DNA of 64,000 nt, taken from sequence record DRR723986_1723; one strand, given 5' to 3'. Positions 58,525 through 64,000 of the stretch are shown here, piece by piece (within the stretch, counting starts at the first letter, position 1; each line of letters begins with the position of its first letter). The notes under the pieces are model-generated. The model did not search any database, had not been told where the DNA came from, and worked only from the letters and a program-made list of their open reading frames with translations. The translations under genes and the position numbers were made by a program.

Positions 58525-59175
58525 ATGCCCAAGGCCAATTCTGTTAATTACCGCCGTGCCGTCTACATGAAAAGTGCACCCAAACTTGCCCAATGCCCCG
58601 AAGACAGCGGCGCGGAGGTCGCATTTGCCGGCCGTTCGAACGCAGGCAAGTCGAGTGCCATTAATCGCTTGACGGAAAACAGCAAGATGGCCAAGACCAG
58701 TAAAACACCAGGTCGTACCCAGCTTATCAACTTTTTCTCTGTGAACGAACAAGACAGCATGCGACTTGTTGACCTACCCGGCTACGGTTTCGCCAAAGTG
58801 CCGCTGAAGGTGAAGCAAGAATGGGAGCGCAATCTGGAGTATTACCTGCAGCACCGCCAATCACTGCGCGGCCTGGTGCTAATGATGGATATTCGCCACC
58901 CGCTCACCGACTTCGACACCACCATGCTGAATTGGGCCCACCAGGCGGGGATGCCGGTTCGCATCCTGCTGACAAAGGCCGACAAACTCAAGCGCGGGCC
59001 GGCGATGTCGACCCTACTACAAGTGCGAAAAGCCCTTCAGCCCTACGGCGGGCTGGTAAACGCGCAGCTGTTTTCAGCTCCGCGTGGCGACGGTCTGGAT
59101 GACCTTCGCGAACAGCTCGACGTGTGGCTAACCGCTCGCTTTGAAGAAGACGAGGAGCTCGACGAGCTCGACTGA
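58525..59175 (+). CDS. yihA: Ribosome biogenesis GTPase YihA/EngB
   Basis: [25 protein letters not shown]. Confidence 0.97.
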   Translation: MPKANSVNYRRAVYMKSAPKLAQCPEDSGAEVAFAGRSNAGKSSAINRLTENSKMAKTSKTPGRTQLINFFSVNEQDSMRLVDLPGYGFAKVPLKVKQEWERNLEYYLQHRQSLRGLVLMMDIRHPLTDFDTTMLNWAHQAGMPVRILLTKADKLKRGPAMSTLLQVRKALQPYGGLVNAQLFSAPRGDGLDDLREQLDVWLTARFEEDEELDELD

Positions 59176-59184
59176 GACCCGGCG

Positions 59185-61920
59185 CTAGTGCGCCTCGTCC
59201 CAGTTATCGCCACTTCCCACTCCCACCTCTAACGGTATAGCCAGCTCGGCGGCGCTCTCCATCAACGCGACAACGCGCCCCTGAACGCTATCGAGCTGAT
59301 CCTCGGCAACCTCAAGAATCAGTTCGTCGTGAACCTGCATAATCATTTTCGCGTCGGGCTGCTGCTCGCTCAGATAGGCATCCACGGCGATCATTGCCCG
59401 CTTGATAATATCAGCAGCCGTGCCTTGCATGGGGGCATTGATTGCCGTGCGCTCGGCAGCCTGACGCCGCTGGCCATTGCGCGCGTTAATTTCCGGCAGG
59501 TGCAGGCGGCGGCCGAACAGGGTTTCCACATAACCTTTTTCCGCCGCGAGCGCGCGGGTATTGTCCATATACTCTCTGACACCCGGATAGCGCTCAAAGT
59601 AGCGGTCGATATATTGCTGGGCCTCGTTGCGCCCGATATGGAGCTGGCGCCCCAGGCCAAAGGCCGACATTCCGTAGATCAGCCCAAAGTTAATGGCTTT
59701 GGCGTTGCGGCGCTGCTCATCGCTCACAGCGTCTAACTCCACACCGAATACCTCGGCAGCGGTGGCGCGGTGAATGTCCTCACCATTTTTAAAGGCGTTG
59801 ATCAGGCCCTCGTCACCAGAGAGGTGGGCCATTATGCGAAGCTCGATTTGCGAATAGTCCGCCGCCAGTATTTTGTAACCCTGCGGCGCCACGAAGGCCT
59901 TTCGTATGCGGCGGCCTTCGGCACTGCGAATGGGAATGTTCTGCAGGTTAGGGTCAGACGACGACAAACGCCCGGTAGCGGCAACAGCCTGATGGTAGGA
60001 GGTATGCACGCGCCCGGTTTGCGGGTCGATCAACTGCGGCAACTTGTCGGTATACGTCGACTTCAGTTTCGCCAACCCGCGGTAATCGAGAATAACTTGC
60101 GGCAGGGGGTAGTCGTGAGCCAACTCAACGAGCACTTCTTCGGCCGTAGACGGCGCGCCCTTGGGCGTTTTGCGGATGACGGGGATTTCCAGTCGTTCAA
60201 ACAGAATTTCACCTAGCTGCTTGGGCGAGGACAAATTAAACTCGCCACCGGCAATGTCGTAGGCCTGCTGCTCCAGCTGCTTGAGCTTGTCGGCAATCTC
60301 CATGCTCTGCACCGCCAACATGTCTCGGCTGATCAGGGCGCCGTTGCGCTCGATCCGTGACAGCACTCCCACCAAGGGCAATTCAATATCCCGGTACACG
60401 GAAACAAGGGATGGCGCCTCGCTGAGCTTGGGCGCCAGGGCCTGATGCAAGCATAGGGTGACGTCGGCATCCTCAGCGGCGTAGGGGCCGGCTTGCTCGA
60501 GTGCGATTTGATTAAAACTAAGCTGCTTAGCGCCTTTGCCAGCAATGTCTTCAAAGTGGATGGTTGATTGGCCCAGGTATTTCAACGCCAGGCTATCCAT
60601 ATCGTGACGGCTGCCCGTGGAATCCAGCACATACGACTCAAGCATGGTGTCTTCGGCGATACCCCGCAGGGTAATGCCGTGGTTCGCCAAGACATTCGCA
60701 TCGTACTTAAGGTTTTGCCCCAGCTTGGCGACCTTGGCATCTTCCAACAAGGGCTTTAACGCACCGAGCACGCGCTCCTCACTGAGCTGCGTTGGCGCGT
60801 CGATATAGTCGTGGCCAAAGGGCACATAGGCCGCCTCGCCAGGCTCAATGGCAAAAGACACCCCAACAACCCGGGCCTGCATATAATTCAGACTGGTTGT
60901 CTCGGTATCGAAGGCGAACAATGCCGCTGCGCTCAGTCGATCCAGCCACTGCTGAAAACTCTCCTCGTCGAGAATAACGCTGTACTGCTTCTCCGAGCAG
61001 GGGTTACCAGGCTGATCGTCGCCTACCTCGGCTGCAGCTGCCCCCTCATTGCGCTGCAGCTCGTCGACCCAACCTTTAAACTCCATGTCGCGAAACAGCG
61101 CCAATAACTGCTCATTGTCGACGCTACCCGGCTGAAGATCCGCCACCGCAACATCGAGCGCCACATCGCACTTAATCGTGGCCAACTCGTAGGACAACTC
61201 AGCCGCCTCGCGCGAGGCCTCTAACTTTTTCGCCAGGCTCTTGGCGCCGCGAATGGATAGGTCCGCAACCTCATCTAACCGGGCATAGATATCTTTTATG
61301 CCACCCAGGGCCTGCAGCAGGGCCAGGGCGGTTTTTTCGCCAACGCCAGCCACGCCCGGAATATTGTCGACTTTGTCCCCCATTAGCGCGAGGTAGTCGA
61401 TAATCAGCGAGGGTGGGATACCAAATTTTTCAGCAACGGCAGCCTCATCCATTTTGGTATCGGTCATGGTATTCACCAACGTGACATGGGCATTCACTAG
61501 CTGCGCCATATCCTTATCTCCGGTCGACACCACCACCGGCCGCTCCGCGCCCGCCTGGGCCGCCAGGGTGCCAATCACATCGTCGGCTTCCACACCATCG
61601 ATCACCAGTCTCGGCAAACCCATGGCGTCGACAATGTCGTGAATAGGTTGAATTTGCGCCCGCAGGTCGTCCGGCATCGGTGGGCGGTTGGCCTTGTAGT
61701 CGCTGTACATGTCGTCGCGAAAGGTTTTGCCCTTGGCGTCAAATACCACGGCAATGGGGCTATCGGGGTAATCCTTCTGCAGGCGGCGCAACATGCTGAT
61801 AACCCCTTTCACCGCACCGGTGGGCTGCCCTTTGGAATTGGTCAGCGGAGGCAAGGCATGGAAGGCCCGGTATAAATAAGAAGAACCGTCTACCAGTACA
61901 AGAGGGGTTGTCGCAGTCAT
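59185..61920 (-). CDS. polA: DNA polymerase I
   Basis: Start reassigned to ATG 61920 ([16 protein letters not shown]). 5'-3' exonuclease domain, FDTET 3'-5' exonuclease motif, [24 protein letters not shown]. Confidence 0.98.
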   Translation of the reverse strand: MTATTPLVLVDGSSYLYRAFHALPPLTNSKGQPTGAVKGVISMLRRLQKDYPDSPIAVVFDAKGKTFRDDMYSDYKANRPPMPDDLRAQIQPIHDIVDAMGLPRLVIDGVEADDVIGTLAAQAGAERPVVVSTGDKDMAQLVNAHVTLVNTMTDTKMDEAAVAEKFGIPPSLIIDYLALMGDKVDNIPGVAGVGEKTALALLQALGGIKDIYARLDEVADLSIRGAKSLAKKLEASREAAELSYELATIKCDVALDVAVADLQPGSVDNEQLLALFRDMEFKGWVDELQRNEGAAAAEVGDDQPGNPCSEKQYSVILDEESFQQWLDRLSAAALFAFDTETTSLNYMQARVVGVSFAIEPGEAAYVPFGHDYIDAPTQLSEERVLGALKPLLEDAKVAKLGQNLKYDANVLANHGITLRGIAEDTMLESYVLDSTGSRHDMDSLALKYLGQSTIHFEDIAGKGAKQLSFNQIALEQAGPYAAEDADVTLCLHQALAPKLSEAPSLVSVYRDIELPLVGVLSRIERNGALISRDMLAVQSMEIADKLKQLEQQAYDIAGGEFNLSSPKQLGEILFERLEIPVIRKTPKGAPSTAEEVLVELAHDYPLPQVILDYRGLAKLKSTYTDKLPQLIDPQTGRVHTSYHQAVAATGRLSSSDPNLQNIPIRSAEGRRIRKAFVAPQGYKILAADYSQIELRIMAHLSGDEGLINAFKNGEDIHRATAAEVFGVELDAVSDEQRRNAKAINFGLIYGMSAFGLGRQLHIGRNEAQQYIDRYFERYPGVREYMDNTRALAAEKGYVETLFGRRLHLPEINARNGQRRQAAERTAINAPMQGTAADIIKRAMIAVDAYLSEQQPDAKMIMQVHDELILEVAEDQLDSVQGRVVALMESAAELAIPLEVGVGSGDNWDEAH

Positions 61921-62177
61921 TGTCGAAATATTCATTGCCAGCCGAAGAAACCGCGAGTGTATCACGAAGCCAGAAATCGAGTGACCCACATAGCAAGACA
62001 AAGTGTTACCGAAAACCTCCCCAGGTAACACCCAAATACCCTTATGAACAGCGCATTACACCAATATGAACAAAGTTTAAGCATATTGAGCCGTCGGCAA
62101 TGTGTTACCTTACGTAACACAAGGTGACAGCAGCATCTTGTTCCGGGGCAACAGCGCCCCACAGAGGAGAAAGAGAG

Positions 62178-62447
62178 ATGAAAAAGCTAAGCAGCGCAGT
62201 ACTACTTTTGATTGCCAGCACCGCAGCGTTTGCCGCTGACGAGGACACGGCGTCGGGCGCGCCGCTGGTATTAGCCTACAGTGAAGCCACTGCAAGTTAT
62301 GCACAGGAGAATACGGCTGTTAACAACACCGTTAATGCCGAACGCGTACTGGCAAACACACTGGATGTGGTCTCAGCCTCACTGAGCGTAGCCCTGGACA
62401 ACTTCGAAGCGCCGTCACTGCCTGGCGCCAAAAACCTCGACCAGTAA
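62178..62447 (+). CDS. Small secreted hypothetical protein
   Basis: GAGGAG SD, ATG 62178, Sec signal MKKLSSAVLLLIASTAAFA. Confidence 0.7.
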   Translation: MKKLSSAVLLLIASTAAFAADEDTASGAPLVLAYSEATASYAQENTAVNNTVNAERVLANTLDVVSASLSVALDNFEAPSLPGAKNLDQ

Positions 62448-62450
62448 ACG

Positions 62451-63287
62451 CTAAGGACTTGCGACCAAACAGCTCGCAAATGCCTCACCAAGCTGGCGGT
62501 AAAAGCCCATAAAGCCGCCAGCTGTCATGGTCTCACCCGCCATCGGGTCCAGCTCGACAACCGGCACGTCCAGTCCCTGCGTCAACACCCTCAACATCGC
62601 GGCAGGATATTGCGGCTCGCGAAATACACACTGTATCTCACCCGCCTGCAATTGCTCGCGCAACTCGGCCAGGTGTCGCGCTCCCGCCATACGGCCCTCA
62701 CCACCCGACAGCACCAGCCCGCCACGCAAATCATAGCGAGCCTCAAAACGGGAAAAGCCGTCATGCAAAAACAGATAGCGCTGATCACCTGCTCGCTGCA
62801 AGCGGGACGCCAACGATTTGTCATACAGGCGCAGGGCAGAAGTGAGGCGCGCCGCGTTGGCATGGAAGTATGCACTGCGACTGGGCACCCGATCTGACAG
62901 CAGCTTAGCGATGCGCCGCGCCATATAGTGAATTTGCTCAACATCCAGCCAGTAGTGGGCATCAACATCGCCGGGCTGGTCATCCGGATACAGAGCAACC
63001 GCATGGTCAAAGCGGCGGATGGGCTTGCTTAGGTAGTGCTCCAACGCGGGCCCAAACCACAACACCATATCCGCTTTAGCCAAACGGCCGAGGTCAGAGC
63101 TGCGCAACTGAAAATCGTGAGGTGACGTCGCGGCAGACTGCAGCAACGCAACCTCGGCGGCATCGCCGGCAATGTCGACCACCAACAACTGCAGCGGCTT
63201 AACGGTAGTAATCAGTTGCAAGGACGACGCGTAAGCCGGCACAGAAATACAGCAAAAACACAGCAATATCAGCCAGCAGCGGCGCAT
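62451..63287 (-). CDS. znuA: Zinc ABC transporter substrate-binding protein
   Basis: TTVKPLQL, SPHDFQL, DAHYWLD, HDGF, CVFREPQ, LDP; divergent from zur-znuC. Start likely ATG 63287. Confidence 0.88.
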   Translation of the reverse strand: MRRCWLILLCFCCISVPAYASSLQLITTVKPLQLLVVDIAGDAAEVALLQSAATSPHDFQLRSSDLGRLAKADMVLWFGPALEHYLSKPIRRFDHAVALYPDDQPGDVDAHYWLDVEQIHYMARRIAKLLSDRVPSRSAYFHANAARLTSALRLYDKSLASRLQRAGDQRYLFLHDGFSRFEARYDLRGGLVLSGGEGRMAGARHLAELREQLQAGEIQCVFREPQYPAAMLRVLTQGLDVPVVELDPMAGETMTAGGFMGFYRQLGEAFASCLVASP

Positions 63288-63328
63288 GATCGACAGTAAC
63301 CTCAACGTCAGGTGGTGTAACAGAAAGA

Positions 63329-63351
63329 AAATTGAAATATTATAACATTAT
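63329..63351. promoter_or_regulatory. Zur box
   Basis: AAATTGAAATA-T-TATAACATTAT resembles GAAATGTTATA-N-TATAACATTTC; lies between znuA and zur. Confidence 0.65.
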
Positions 63352-63373
63352 TATTTCTACTAGGTGCTGACCA

Positions 63374-63865
63374 ATGCCTACCGAGGCACCCGAGCAACAT
63401 CACAACCATCAACATTGCATTGATGAAGCCCTGCAGCGTGCGCGCCAGATATGTGCCGCCCGCGGTGCACGACTCACGCCGATTCGCGAGCATGTTCTCA
63501 GCCTGATCTGGGAGAGCCACAAACCAGTGGGCGCCTATAGCTTGCTGGAGTCGCTCGACGCACAAAGCGAACGTCGCAGCACACCCCCCACCGTCTATCG
63601 CGCCTTGGATTTTTTACTGGAGCAGGGGCTGGTTCACCGCATTGCGTCGCTCAACGCCTTTGTCGGCTGCGCGGACCCAAGCCATCGACACTCCGGGCAC
63701 TTCCTCATTTGCCGGCACTGCAATACCGCCATTGAACTCGACGCCGAGGCGATCGATAGCGCCATCCGCCAAGCCGCCGAGGGGCGCGGCTTCCACGCAG
63801 AAGAGCAGTGCGTAGAGGTTGTCGGCAGCTGCCAGCGCTGCCAGGAGCAACCCGAGAGTGCGTGA
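63374..63865 (+). CDS. zur: Zinc uptake regulator
   Basis: RLTPIR, PPTVYRALDFL, FLICRHC and C..C; znu context. Confidence 0.93.
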   Translation: MPTEAPEQHHNHQHCIDEALQRARQICAARGARLTPIREHVLSLIWESHKPVGAYSLLESLDAQSERRSTPPTVYRALDFLLEQGLVHRIASLNAFVGCADPSHRHSGHFLICRHCNTAIELDAEAIDSAIRQAAEGRGFHAEEQCVEVVGSCQRCQEQPESA

Positions 63866-64000
63866 CGGCCAACTTCTGCAGCTTGAAAAGGTGTCGCTTA
63901 GCCTCCGCCAGCAAACCCTGCTGTCAGAGATTGACCTGAACCTGGCGAGGCGAGAAATCATGACAATTATCGGCCCGAATGGCGCCGGTAAAAGCACCCT
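63858..64000 (+). CDS. znuC: Zinc ABC transporter ATPase (partial)
   Basis: GTG at 63858 gives VRDGQLLQLEKV...TIIGPNGAGKST (Walker A); runs off the window. Confidence 0.88.
   Translation, partial: MRDGQLLQLEKVSLSLRQQTLLSEIDLNLARREIMTIIGPNGAGKST

Noticed and set aside
59176-59184. Spot 42 (spf) sRNA expected downstream of polA
   Set aside because: Only 9 bp separate the convergent polA and yihA stops, so there is no room.

Overview
A 64 kb chromosomal window from a gammaproteobacterium. The ectoine genes and gene order suggest a marine Cellvibrionales/Spongiibacter-like organism, but that is inference. Core blocks: ubiD(partial)-rho-trxA, waaA, tolC, DUF1249-cpdA-yqiA-parE at the left; yqhD/yqhC, dsbA, cytochromes c4/c5, yihA, polA, znuA-zur-znuC(partial) at the right. 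The most interesting part is a ~21 kb accessory catabolic/uptake cluster (9901-31186). It encodes an acyl-CoA dehydrogenase, an SCP2-type thiolase, a CoA ligase, an MMPL/RND protein, two paralogous Tat-signal DUF1329 proteins, a YCF48/BNR protein, a DUF1302 outer-membrane protein, an AcuI-like reductase, two SDRs, a saccharopine-dehydrogenase-like reductase and two AraC regulators. A shared tandem operator (CTGTCRTAAATTMACA plus a second half-site 22 bp on, directly before a -35/-10 pair) occurs at 9901, 23450-23488 and 27781-27819. It ties a distant steroid-5-alpha-reductase-like (DUF1295) gene pair into the same predicted regulon. Also present: an ectR/ectABC-ask operon extended by a membrane TPR protein and a Na+/solute symporter, a large acidic lipoprotein plus beta-barrel pair, a ybgA-phrB operon with an ECF-type promoter, and a RimK-like ATP-grasp/7TM-transglutaminase/aspartic-protease triad. 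I recognised no rRNA, tRNA, CRISPR array or mobile element. All family assignments come from recognising motifs by eye; no database searches were run.
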